From assembly GCA_903878275.1 (NCBI GenBank), contig CAIRHC010000002.1:29218-93217 (forward strand): a DNA stretch of 64,000 nt. The letters run 5' to 3'. Below, in pieces: positions 9,036 to 17,285 of the stretch. The translations under genes and the position numbers were made by a program. The first letter of the stretch is position 1. Every line of letters begins with the position of its first letter. Under the pieces are notes generated by a model. It saw nothing but the letters and a program-made list of their open reading frames with translations. It did not search any database and was not told the origin of the DNA. The stretch is from Candidatus Vogelbacteria bacterium (GTDB lineage Bacteria > Patescibacteriota > Minisyncoccia > Phycocordibacterales > XYD1-FULL-46-19).

Positions 9036-10481
9036 ATGAATCCTCAAGAAATAGTCAGCTTAATAAAAAACCCAAGCGCCAAAGACCGGGCTTTAATCGA
9101 AAAAGCTTTTTACTTTGCCGAGAAAGCGCATTTGGGTCAAAAAAGATTTTCTGGCGAACCATACCTCATTCACCCATTCAATACGGCTCTCATTTTGGCA
9201 GAATTTAAAGCCGACACCGAAACAATTGTTGCTGGTTTGCTGCACGATACAATTGAAGATACACCGATAACCAGAGAAGATATTGTCCGTGAATTTGGTT
9301 CGACGGTCGCTTTTATGGTGGATGGTGTAACCAAACTCGGGCAATTAAAATATCAAGGCGCCAAAAGACATACCGAAAGTTTGCGAAAATTATTCGTGGC
9401 AATGGCAGAAGATATCCGCATTATTTTAATTCGTCTTGCCGACCGCTTACACAATGTCCGAACGCTACAATACGTCTCACCCGAAAAACAAAAACGGATC
9501 GCGGTAGAAACTTTGGAAATTTATGCTCCCCTTGCCAACCGTCTCGGTATTTGGCGCTTGAAGGGAATGCTGGAGGATGCCAGTTTTCCTTATGCTTATC
9601 CGACGCAATACAAAAAAGTTGTCGAGCTTCGAAAAACCAAAGGTAAAGAATCGGCTAAAAGTTTACAAAAAGTTTATCGAATTTTGCAAAAAGAAATTAC
9701 CAATCGTGGCTTAGATAATTTCGAAATCGATTACCGTATTAAATATTTGTATAGTCTTTACACGAAGCTTCTACGAAAGAAAATGAATATCGATGAGATT
9801 TATGATATCTCGGCGCTGCGGGTGATTGTTGAAAATATTGAAGAATGTTATCAAGTCCTCGGAATTATTCACAGCGTCTGGCGGCCAATTCCCGGTCGGC
9901 TGAAAGATTATATTGCCAACCCGAAACCAAACGGCTATCAAAGTATTCATACCGCTGTTTTCATCGGCGATGGCACTATTGTAGAAATTCAAATTCGCAC
10001 CAGACAAATGCAACACGAAGCTGAATATGGTATCGCTTCACACATTTATTATGACGAATCAGGCAAACCAAAAATCGGCGGAAAGCTAACCAAAAATATG
10101 TCTTGGATCAAAGAACTAATTGATTGGCAAAAACAAGTCAGTAGTGATGGTGTCGATTTTGTCGGGGAATTAAAAGATCGTTTTTTTCACGACCGGATTT
10201 TCGTTTTTACGCCAAAAGGTGAAGTTGTCGAATTACCAAAAGAAGCCACGCCGATCGATTTTGCTTACGCCATCCACTCCGACATCGGCAGTCACGCTTC
10301 TGGTGTGAAGGTCAACGGCAAAATGTCTACTCTTGATAAACTTTTAAAAAACGGTGATATGGTTGAAATCTTAGTCAGCAAAAATAGCGAGCCAAGAGCC
10401 AAATGGGCAGATACAGCCAAGACGACCGATGCTAAAAGGCATATCAAGAGTTTTCTGGCGACCAAGAAAAAGGCTGGGTAA
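9036..10481 (+). CDS. short RelA/SpoT-family (p)ppGpp synthetase/hydrolase (HD, synthetase and TGS domains; no ACT domain)
   Basis: The HD motif HLGQKR...HPFNTALIL...LLHDTIEDT, a RelA/SpoT synthetase-domain motif (ALRVIV...GRLKDYIANPKPNGYQSIHTAV) and a TGS domain (IFVFTPKGEVVELP). Confidence 0.85.
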   Translation: MNPQEIVSLIKNPSAKDRALIEKAFYFAEKAHLGQKRFSGEPYLIHPFNTALILAEFKADTETIVAGLLHDTIEDTPITREDIVREFGSTVAFMVDGVTKLGQLKYQGAKRHTESLRKLFVAMAEDIRIILIRLADRLHNVRTLQYVSPEKQKRIAVETLEIYAPLANRLGIWRLKGMLEDASFPYAYPTQYKKVVELRKTKGKESAKSLQKVYRILQKEITNRGLDNFEIDYRIKYLYSLYTKLLRKKMNIDEIYDISALRVIVENIEECYQVLGIIHSVWRPIPGRLKDYIANPKPNGYQSIHTAVFIGDGTIVEIQIRTRQMQHEAEYGIASHIYYDESGKPKIGGKLTKNMSWIKELIDWQKQVSSDGVDFVGELKDRFFHDRIFVFTPKGEVVELPKEATPIDFAYAIHSDIGSHASGVKVNGKMSTLDKLLKNGDMVEILVSKNSEPRAKWADTAKTTDAKRHIKSFLATKKKAG

Positions 10482-10483
10482 AA

Positions 10484-10520
10484 ATACCGCTCGAGGCTTG
10501 CCTCGAGCGGTATTTTATTT
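10484..10520. terminator. bidirectional rho-independent terminator between convergent genes
   Basis: ataccgctcgagg-cttg-cctcgagcggtat, flanked by an A-run and a T-run. Confidence 0.7.
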
Positions 10521-10522
10521 TT

Positions 10523-11506
10523 TTATAGTGAAAAATTTTTAATAAAATAAAGATTTTCGTCTTCGTCTACTTTTTCGGGCTGGTTAAAACCAAGTCGTTC
10601 CGCTTCGGCAAAACTTTCTGGCAAAGCCGGCCTGTCTTCTTCTGGCACCAAACCGGTAATTTCTAAAATCGAATTGGCTTCATTCTTATACATCATCTCC
10701 AAAATTTTTCGCAAATCTTCGATGGAAGCATAGTCGATCGAAATCCGTCCACCCTTGTCTCTTTTTTCCACCTTAACTCGGTTGCCATATTTTTCGGTCA
10801 GCTTTTCCTCCATTTCAATAATGTCTGGCTCCACCATTGATTCTTTTCGACGGACTTTGTCATAAGCAATTCGCCGAGCAATTGCTTCGACTTCGCGCAC
10901 GGTCAAACGCTTTAGTAAGGTTTCTTTAAAAATTGTCGATTGTTCTTCGGGCCGATCGCCAAGCATCAAAAGTGGTCGGGTGTGACCTTCACTAATTTGA
11001 CCGGTTGTCAAAGCGTCCAAAATTTCTTGCGGCAAATTCATAATGCGAATAGTATTGGAAACAAACTCGCGACTTCGCCCAATTCTTTTGGCAACATCAG
11101 AATGAGTCAAATCAAATTCTTTAACCAAGCGACAAAAAGCTTGAGCCCGATCGACAGGATTCAAATCTTCACGTTGAAGATTTTCGATAATCGCCAACTC
11201 GAGCTTCATCTTGTCGGTTTGTTCGCCACTACGAATTATCGCCGGCACCTGATACAGACCAGCCAGTTTAGACGCTCGCCAGCGTCGTTCGCCCGCGATA
11301 ATTTCGTATTCGCTAAAAAAACTGCCATCCTCGCGTTCAATTTCTTTGCGTGTCACCACGAGTGGTTGCAACACACCATATTGTTTAATCGAATCAGCCA
11401 GATCACGCAAACGATCCTCGTTAAATTCATTGCGAGGCTGAAAAGGATTGGGTTTGATTTTCTCAACCTCAATCAAAAATATTTTATCTTCAAATTCATT
11501 AGCCAT
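10523..11506 (-). CDS. parB: ParB/Spo0J-family partition protein
   Basis: ParB N-terminal box (KIKPNPFQPRNEFNEDRLRDLADSIKQYGVLQPLVV, IIAGERRWRASKLAG) followed by an HTH. Confidence 0.8.
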   Translation of the reverse strand: MANEFEDKIFLIEVEKIKPNPFQPRNEFNEDRLRDLADSIKQYGVLQPLVVTRKEIEREDGSFFSEYEIIAGERRWRASKLAGLYQVPAIIRSGEQTDKMKLELAIIENLQREDLNPVDRAQAFCRLVKEFDLTHSDVAKRIGRSREFVSNTIRIMNLPQEILDALTTGQISEGHTRPLLMLGDRPEEQSTIFKETLLKRLTVREVEAIARRIAYDKVRRKESMVEPDIIEMEEKLTEKYGNRVKVEKRDKGGRISIDYASIEDLRKILEMMYKNEANSILEITGLVPEEDRPALPESFAEAERLGFNQPEKVDEDENLYFIKNFSL

Positions 11507-11507
11507 A

Positions 11508-11592
11508 TGGTGCCGAAGGAGAGAATCGAACTCTCACATCTTGCGATACACGATTTTGAGTCGTGCGCGTCTACCAATTCCGCCACTTCGGC
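11508..11592 (-). tRNA. tRNA-Leu (anticodon CAA), long variable arm
   Basis: rc reads GCCGAAGTGGCGGAATTGGTAGACGCGCACGACTCAAAATCGTG...GTTCGATTCTCTCCTTCGGCACCA. The anticodon loop is CTCAAAA. Confidence 0.8.
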
Positions 11593-11827
11593 AAAAACAA
11601 AAGATAGGACTTTTGTCTTATCTTATATTCTACTAAAAATTAAAACAAAATCAAACCTGTTTTGCTAATGGTTTATCGTAAAAAACTTCTTACCAAACGA
11701 CACCTTAATATTACAACGACCACTTGACACTACTATTTAGATATGATAGTATTTTAACAGACGCAATACCTTTACCTAGGACATTGACTTAAAAACGCTA
11801 GCTATCTAGCACAGAAAAGAAGCAACT

Positions 11828-12223
11828 ATGAAATGGAGAGATTTGTACACTGGTCTGAAAATATGCGACCAAGAAGACCAGCCTAGTCACCAATACACCG
11901 ACCACCTCGGTCGTATGGCGGCAAAAAAAGATTTCGCCTTTGTGGCATTCCACTATGTCACAGAAAAGGACAATCTAAAAGCCTGCCTTCAACTAGACCA
12001 ACATATACTGATGCGAATCAATTCAATTAAAATTTCCAAGAGGAAAGTGAATAGTCTTGAGTTCGTCGTTAAGACTGTTGGTATTCTTCCCCCTGGCATC
12101 AAACACGGCGCATACAAACTCATATTTTATGAAGGTGCCATGACTGAAGGCAAATTACCAAAGGAGATGTTTGAGGAAGAAGAAGTGCCAGAGGACGAAC
12201 TTCTCCACTGGGTAGAGAAGTAG
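11828..12223 (+). CDS. hypothetical protein (131 aa)
   Basis: ORF followed by a terminator-like hairpin (about 12234..12290). Confidence 0.4.
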   Translation: MKWRDLYTGLKICDQEDQPSHQYTDHLGRMAAKKDFAFVAFHYVTEKDNLKACLQLDQHILMRINSIKISKRKVNSLEFVVKTVGILPPGIKHGAYKLIFYEGAMTEGKLPKEMFEEEEVPEDELLHWVEK

Positions 12224-12326
12224 GATTCAACAACGAGCCGGAGCGAAGTTGGTTTTTTCATGAAATCAACCTCGCTCCGGCTTTCATTTTAATAAAAACC
12301 CCCTATCATATTATAGGCAAGATAAA

Positions 12327-13184
12327 ATGAAGAAAAAAATAATTAAAACCTACGTCATTGTCGGGCCGACCGCTTCTGGCAAGACCGCCTATTCCATAAA
12401 ACTCGCCAAAAAACTAAATGGTGAGGTGATTTCAGCTGATTCCAGGCAGGTCTACCGAGGGATGAATATCGGCACCGGCAAGGTGACAAAAAAAGAAATG
12501 GCAGGTATTCCCCACCACTTACTTGATGTGGCTGATCCCAAAAAAGTTTTTACGGTCGCTGATTGGCAAAAATTAGCAAATCAAAAAATTGAAGAAATTA
12601 TCGCTCGAGGCAAAACACCAATCATTGTCGGTGGCACTGGTTTTTATATTCAAGCAATAGTCGATGGTTTAGTTTTACCAGAAGTTCCGCCAAATAAAAA
12701 ACTTCGCGCCGAACTAGCCAAAAAATCGGTAGCTGAACTTTTCGCTATCTTAAAAAAACTAGACTCGGCTTATGCTAAAAAAATTGATAGCCAAAATCCA
12801 GTGCGATTGATTCGCGCCATCGAAATTGCCACAGCTTTAGGAAAAATGCCGGAATTAAAAAAGATTAAAAATCCTAATTATGATTTTAAAATCATCGGTA
12901 TTAAAATTGATCAAGAAAAATTAAACAAAAAAATTTACCAGAGATTAATCGAGCGCTTAAAACACGGAATGATTACCGAGGTCAAAAAACTTCACGCCGA
13001 TGGTTTAAGCTGGAAAAGAATGGAAGAATTAGGTTTGGAATATCGCTATCTCGCCAGATTTTTACAAGGCAAAATCACCAAACCAGAAATGATCGAGCAA
13101 CTCTACAAAGAAATCGTCAAATATGCCAAACGCCAAATGACGTGGTTTAAAAAAGACAAAAGAATCAAGTGGATAAAAATATAG
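12327..13184 (+). CDS. miaA: tRNA dimethylallyltransferase
   Basis: P-loop VIVGPTASGKTAYSIKLA...ISADSRQVYRGMNIGTGK. Confidence 0.9.
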   Translation: MKKKIIKTYVIVGPTASGKTAYSIKLAKKLNGEVISADSRQVYRGMNIGTGKVTKKEMAGIPHHLLDVADPKKVFTVADWQKLANQKIEEIIARGKTPIIVGGTGFYIQAIVDGLVLPEVPPNKKLRAELAKKSVAELFAILKKLDSAYAKKIDSQNPVRLIRAIEIATALGKMPELKKIKNPNYDFKIIGIKIDQEKLNKKIYQRLIERLKHGMITEVKKLHADGLSWKRMEELGLEYRYLARFLQGKITKPEMIEQLYKEIVKYAKRQMTWFKKDKRIKWIKI

Positions 13185-13281
13185 GCGGGCTTTCTACTTG
13201 GATTTACGAACTATCAAGTTACTATGATGATATCAAGATCGGACTTGAAAAGCTAGAAAAGGCTGCTACCTCAGCTTTTAG

Positions 13282-13938
13282 TTAGTCTTCTTGAACAAAA
13301 TAATCAATCTTAGTCTTACTTCCATCTAAAACTGGATCATCGAAAGAGAATTTTTGAAGCGGAACTAGCCCACGACCAGAATATTCCAATGTTCGATACA
13401 GATAACCAAGAAAACAACCAGTATAGCGATAACGACGGATACAACCCTCGATATTAGCCTGAATCCGATCATCATAGCCTCGCCAGTGAGCAAAAGTTGA
13501 ATATCTATCGATCCACTCCTCAATAACGTAACTAAGCCAGTGGCAAAGCTCCTGCTGGGCCAAAAGATTGCCCTTTTGGGCAATTCGGACCAACGATATG
13601 ATAATTTGCTCCAGTCTTCGCTTATCAGCGTTGGTGATTGGCGCCATTAGCACATAAAGCTTTGGTCTGTGACGATTAATAACCAGATCGACCTCAACTT
13701 TATCTTCATACTTTTTAGCCACTTTGCCTTGATAGTAGACCCAGCGTTTCTGAAAAGGTCGATCAAGTCGGTAAGTAACTCGATCCCAATCAATCTGATT
13801 ATTTTCGGTCCTAAGATTCAACCTGACAAAACGATAGACTCGTGGAGCATTAGCTAAAACCCAAGTGCTACTAAATTTGTCTGGTTTCTTTGTTTTTAGT
13901 TGTTTATTAAGAATACTAACAGCTTGCTTGAGATCCAT
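13282..13938 (-). CDS. hypothetical protein, last gene of the RiPP-like operon
   Basis: 218-aa ORF placed 21 nt downstream of the C39 peptidase gene on the same strand. Confidence 0.4.
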   Translation of the reverse strand: MDLKQAVSILNKQLKTKKPDKFSSTWVLANAPRVYRFVRLNLRTENNQIDWDRVTYRLDRPFQKRWVYYQGKVAKKYEDKVEVDLVINRHRPKLYVLMAPITNADKRRLEQIIISLVRIAQKGNLLAQQELCHWLSYVIEEWIDRYSTFAHWRGYDDRIQANIEGCIRRYRYTGCFLGYLYRTLEYSGRGLVPLQKFSFDDPVLDGSKTKIDYFVQED

Positions 13939-13958
13939 CTTTCTTTCGTCGTCTAAAG

Positions 13959-14471
13959 CTAATTATTTTTGTAGATCGCAATAATCTGTCTAATAATTAA
14001 TTCGTCAGGTTTAATCGTCTCTCCAGTAAAATCAAACCAGACTTTTAGAAAATCCTTTCTTTTAATTTTTCTTTCGCCACCAATTTCAGGATCTTGTAGA
14101 TAGATATACTCATCATCGAGGCCACCTACAACTGAATAATGACCGTCGGCAACTTCTGAATCATCATAATCTTGTCGGCCACGGGTAAACCAGTCGACAA
14201 TAACCGGAACACCTTTCTCTAGCCATTTCTCAATATCTTCAAAACTGCTTTCGTTTTTTATTTCAGCTTTGAATCCTAACGATTCCGCTACTCTTACAAT
14301 ATCTTTATCGTTAATACCCAGCTCTGGATCTAAACCAGCCAGATCGGCCAGTTCTTTTTCTGTCTTCTCAACTCCGTAATAATCGAGAACAATTTTCAGT
14401 GAAGCTGGCCCGCACATTCCAGCGTGTAGGGTTTCTTGAAAATATTTTGTGTTTAATAATATTTTATTCAT
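13959..14471 (-). CDS. stand-alone C39-like (papain-fold) peptidase, a candidate leader peptidase
   Basis: The catalytic Cys sits in MCGPASLKIVLDYYG, the His in ADGHYSVVGG and the Asp in YLQDPE. Its start overlaps the stop of the upstream gene by 8 nt. Confidence 0.65.
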   Translation of the reverse strand: MNKILLNTKYFQETLHAGMCGPASLKIVLDYYGVEKTEKELADLAGLDPELGINDKDIVRVAESLGFKAEIKNESSFEDIEKWLEKGVPVIVDWFTRGRQDYDDSEVADGHYSVVGGLDDEYIYLQDPEIGGERKIKRKDFLKVWFDFTGETIKPDELIIRQIIAIYKNN

Positions 14472-15183
14472 AGAATTTTAAACTTTCTTTTATAAAGTTT
14501 TTTATATCACCATTGTTTTGGTCCCAAAGATTTTGGATTTTAACTAGTTTTTCTTTTAATCCAGGATAAAATAATTGCTCTGGTCTTCTTATTATCGCTT
14601 GAAGTTGTGGCAAGTTTAAAATAATAACATTAAAAATCTCGGATAATTCCCAAAGTGGACCATTGTTTTTACTTAAGTCTTTTGTCTCTTCAATAAACTG
14701 ACCACAATAATCAAAAAAGGCGAAGTGAAGAGATTCGTGAAAAGCTACCTCGGCCTTACCCAATAAGTCTTTTTTATAAAAAACCTGAAAGGTCTGGTCC
14801 TCAATATATCGTGGATTACAATTAAAAATTGAGAGGTAGCCAGTGTACTCTTTCCCCAAAAAATCTAAGCTGAAAATCTTTCTTAATTCGGCAAAAAATA
14901 ATTGTTGATTTTGATTAAGATAATCGTTTATTTCCTGAATATTTTTCTCTAACAAATCGTTATTCGTTAAGTAAAAATTATCAATATACTGTTGGTAATT
15001 ATTCCCGTCTATTTCCGGATGGTCCTTTTTTATCTTTTCGCTAAAATCAATACCGGCAACTTTAAAATCCTTAAAATCATTAAAGACTTCGTAGTCCAGT
15101 TCTTTATTTAATCTTATTGTAATCATTGTTAAATAATAGAACCCCCGAGCCATTAAGGCAAGGGGGTTCAAGGTCTTCAACAA
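14464..15183 (-). CDS. hypothetical protein (239 aa) between the rSAM gene and the C39 peptidase gene
   Basis: ORF that is translationally coupled to both neighbours. Confidence 0.4.
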   Translation of the reverse strand: MLKTLNPLALMARGFYYLTMITIRLNKELDYEVFNDFKDFKVAGIDFSEKIKKDHPEIDGNNYQQYIDNFYLTNNDLLEKNIQEINDYLNQNQQLFFAELRKIFSLDFLGKEYTGYLSIFNCNPRYIEDQTFQVFYKKDLLGKAEVAFHESLHFAFFDYCGQFIEETKDLSKNNGPLWELSEIFNVIILNLPQLQAIIRRPEQLFYPGLKEKLVKIQNLWDQNNGDIKNFIKESLKFYE

Positions 15184-15185
15184 GT

Positions 15186-16604
15186 CTAGAGTCTGTCAAA
15201 CAGGTCCCAGACCAGCCATTCGAGAGTCTTGAGAGAATGCACGCAGAAGCGGTCATCGATAGACCAGATACTTCCGTTTCTTAGCCAAGCTCCATAGGCG
15301 CATCCTCCGCCACAGATACCGATTGCTGGGCAGTCGAAGCACTGGGGCATGTTTAAGGGTGTTCGTTGTTTCCAGTCTTGAACCAGGGGCTCATCGTGAA
15401 AACGAAAATCCTTGGAGACTTGGCCAAAGAAGAAACACTTGGCCCCAATGCCTTCGTGACAGAGTCCAAGCCGACCATCTGGCGAACAAACGATTTGCGC
15501 GCCTGTTGCTTGACAATCGGCTACATGAATCGTTTTGCCGATGAAGGCTTTGACCTTACGCATGATTCGATCTTCGTAGATACCCGCCTCTCTCGCCAGA
15601 ATGAAATACTCGAGCATTCGACGAGACACCTTTGTCATGTACCGGTGGCTGATTCGTCTTTCGCTGGTGTCCAAAAGCGGATTGAGGTTTATTGCCGAGA
15701 CACCACAGTCTTGGCCGACAGCAATAAGTTCGGGCAGTCGATCGATGTTGTGTTGGTCAATAGTGCAAGAGAACGAAAGATCCTTGCGACCACTGATTTT
15801 ACTCAACAGTTCGAATCCTCTCTCGACTTGATCGAAAGACCCGTTGCCATCAACCGTAATTCTCATCTGGTCGTGAACCATTGCTGGCCCGTCAAGAGAG
15901 ATCCCGATGTTGATATCCTTATGCTCGCCAAAGAATTGCGCCATCTCCTCATTGATGACCGTCCCATTCGTCACAATCGAGAACCGAAATCCCGTGCCAA
16001 GTTCTTTAAGCTCCGCACGATATTTCTCTTTGGTATATTCGATGACTCGCTTAACGATCGGGAAATTCAACAATGGCTCGCCACCGTAGAATATAATCGT
16101 CTTAACGAAATCATCGAACTCTGGAGGATTTCTCGAGATGTTAGAGAAGAACATGTCGATCGCTTCTCTGGCTGTTTCCCAGCTCATGGAAGAGCAGGGG
16201 TAATCGCTTGGCATGTTGTTGTTGATGAAGCAGTAACGGCAACGCAAATTACAAATATCCGTTACTAACAAATACATTGTCTCAAGACCGACAGGAAGCA
16301 CATACTTCTCGCGTTTACGGTCCAGCAGGTCTTGATCGTTTTGCCTCGTCTCAACAACTATTCCGGTTTGGCACAGCTCGTCAATAACTGACAGAACTTC
16401 CTCAGCTGGCACACCAGCAAGACCGTGGGTGATTTTTTCCCTCGTCGCCCCAACTCGAAGCATCGCTACCAACTTCTTGAACTTGTTCTCAAGAAAGAGG
16501 GTCTCGATATTAAGAGAATGATAAACGGCGAAGAAATCGACACCTTTTTTCTTGATGATGTGTGCCCACCGAGACAACCTTAGGGCGTTTTCGCCGTGTT
16601 GCAT
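15186..16604 (-). CDS. radical SAM enzyme with a C-terminal SPASM/twitch domain and a roughly 110-aa N-terminal extension that could be an RRE; a candidate RiPP maturase
   Basis: The CxxxCxxC motif is in TDICNLRCRYCF. The C-terminus has a Cys cluster (CQATGAQIVCSPDG...CFDCPAIGICGGGCAYGAW). GC content is clearly higher than in neighbouring genes. Confidence 0.85.
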   Translation of the reverse strand: MQHGENALRLSRWAHIIKKKGVDFFAVYHSLNIETLFLENKFKKLVAMLRVGATREKITHGLAGVPAEEVLSVIDELCQTGIVVETRQNDQDLLDRKREKYVLPVGLETMYLLVTDICNLRCRYCFINNNMPSDYPCSSMSWETAREAIDMFFSNISRNPPEFDDFVKTIIFYGGEPLLNFPIVKRVIEYTKEKYRAELKELGTGFRFSIVTNGTVINEEMAQFFGEHKDINIGISLDGPAMVHDQMRITVDGNGSFDQVERGFELLSKISGRKDLSFSCTIDQHNIDRLPELIAVGQDCGVSAINLNPLLDTSERRISHRYMTKVSRRMLEYFILAREAGIYEDRIMRKVKAFIGKTIHVADCQATGAQIVCSPDGRLGLCHEGIGAKCFFFGQVSKDFRFHDEPLVQDWKQRTPLNMPQCFDCPAIGICGGGCAYGAWLRNGSIWSIDDRFCVHSLKTLEWLVWDLFDRL

Positions 16605-16671
16605 CTGATTTCTCCTTACCTTAGTTTTGTGGCGGGCCAGGACTAGCCCGACCCGCCACGACTCGCCCTTA

Positions 16672-16791
16672 CTTACTCCTTAATCTTGGGAGCATTGCAA
16701 GAACAACCGCAGGCGCAGACACTGACTGACGCCCTGGCCATGTCGATATTGCCGACAATGGCTTGAAGTTGCGACCGATTGGCCTTCTTCA
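16672..16791 (-). CDS. unannotated 39-aa Cys-rich precursor peptide (MKKANRSQLQAIVGNIDMARASVSVCACGCSCNAPKIKE)
   Basis: ATG at rc 16789-16791 with a consensus SD (AAAGGAGAAA) 6 nt upstream and a TAA stop. It lies 68 nt upstream of the rSAM gene on the same strand. It is absent from the ORF track because it is under 60 aa. Confidence 0.6.
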
Positions 16792-16896
16792 TAGCTTTCT
16801 CCTTTCTAGATCTCAATGATCGGATCCAAAATAACCATACCACGAATATCTAAAGTATTCAAGTGGTCAAAAGAACCAACTTTTATAGATATATTT

Positions 16897-17280
16897 TTAT
16901 CTCCGATCAAAATAATCTTGCACCTTAGCCGCTAGAGCCATCGGGGCTAACTCAGTTTTTCCCCAAAATTCAGTTGCTCCAAGAGCTAGAAACTTTCGCT
17001 TTACTTCTTTTTTATCAAGATTAGTGAAAACAATAACTGGTATATCTTTAGTGGTCGGATCAGCCTTTAATTGCTTTAAAACTTCTTCACCGTCAACACC
17101 CTCCATTACGATATCTAAAACGATAACTTTAGGATGCCAACTCTTGGCTTGCTCAACCCCAATCTTGCCACCATTAGCCATCACGCTAGGAATACCGGCG
17201 ACATCAAAAGCTACTTTGTAAAGATACATTTGATCAGAATCATCCTCAATCATTAAGACTTGTTTTATTTCTTCGGCCAT
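16897..17280 (-). CDS. single-domain response regulator (CheY-like receiver with no output domain)
   Basis: MIEDDSDQ...VLDIVMEGVDGEEVLKQLK...PVIVFTNLD, 127 aa. Confidence 0.8.
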   Translation of the reverse strand: MAEEIKQVLMIEDDSDQMYLYKVAFDVAGIPSVMANGGKIGVEQAKSWHPKVIVLDIVMEGVDGEEVLKQLKADPTTKDIPVIVFTNLDKKEVKRKFLALGATEFWGKTELAPMALAAKVQDYFDRR

Positions 17281-17285
17281 AATAT

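Noticed and set aside
10940-11668. 242-aa + strand ORF and the 62-aa ORF at 11448..11636
   Set aside because: They are antisense to parB and overlap tRNA-Leu(CAA), with no RBS or homology.
15366-16268. 300-aa + strand ORF (and others at 15323, 15601, 15907) antisense to the rSAM gene
   Set aside because: It lies entirely inside the well-supported radical-SAM/SPASM CDS on the opposite strand. Its length is a by-product of the locally high GC, and it has no motif content.
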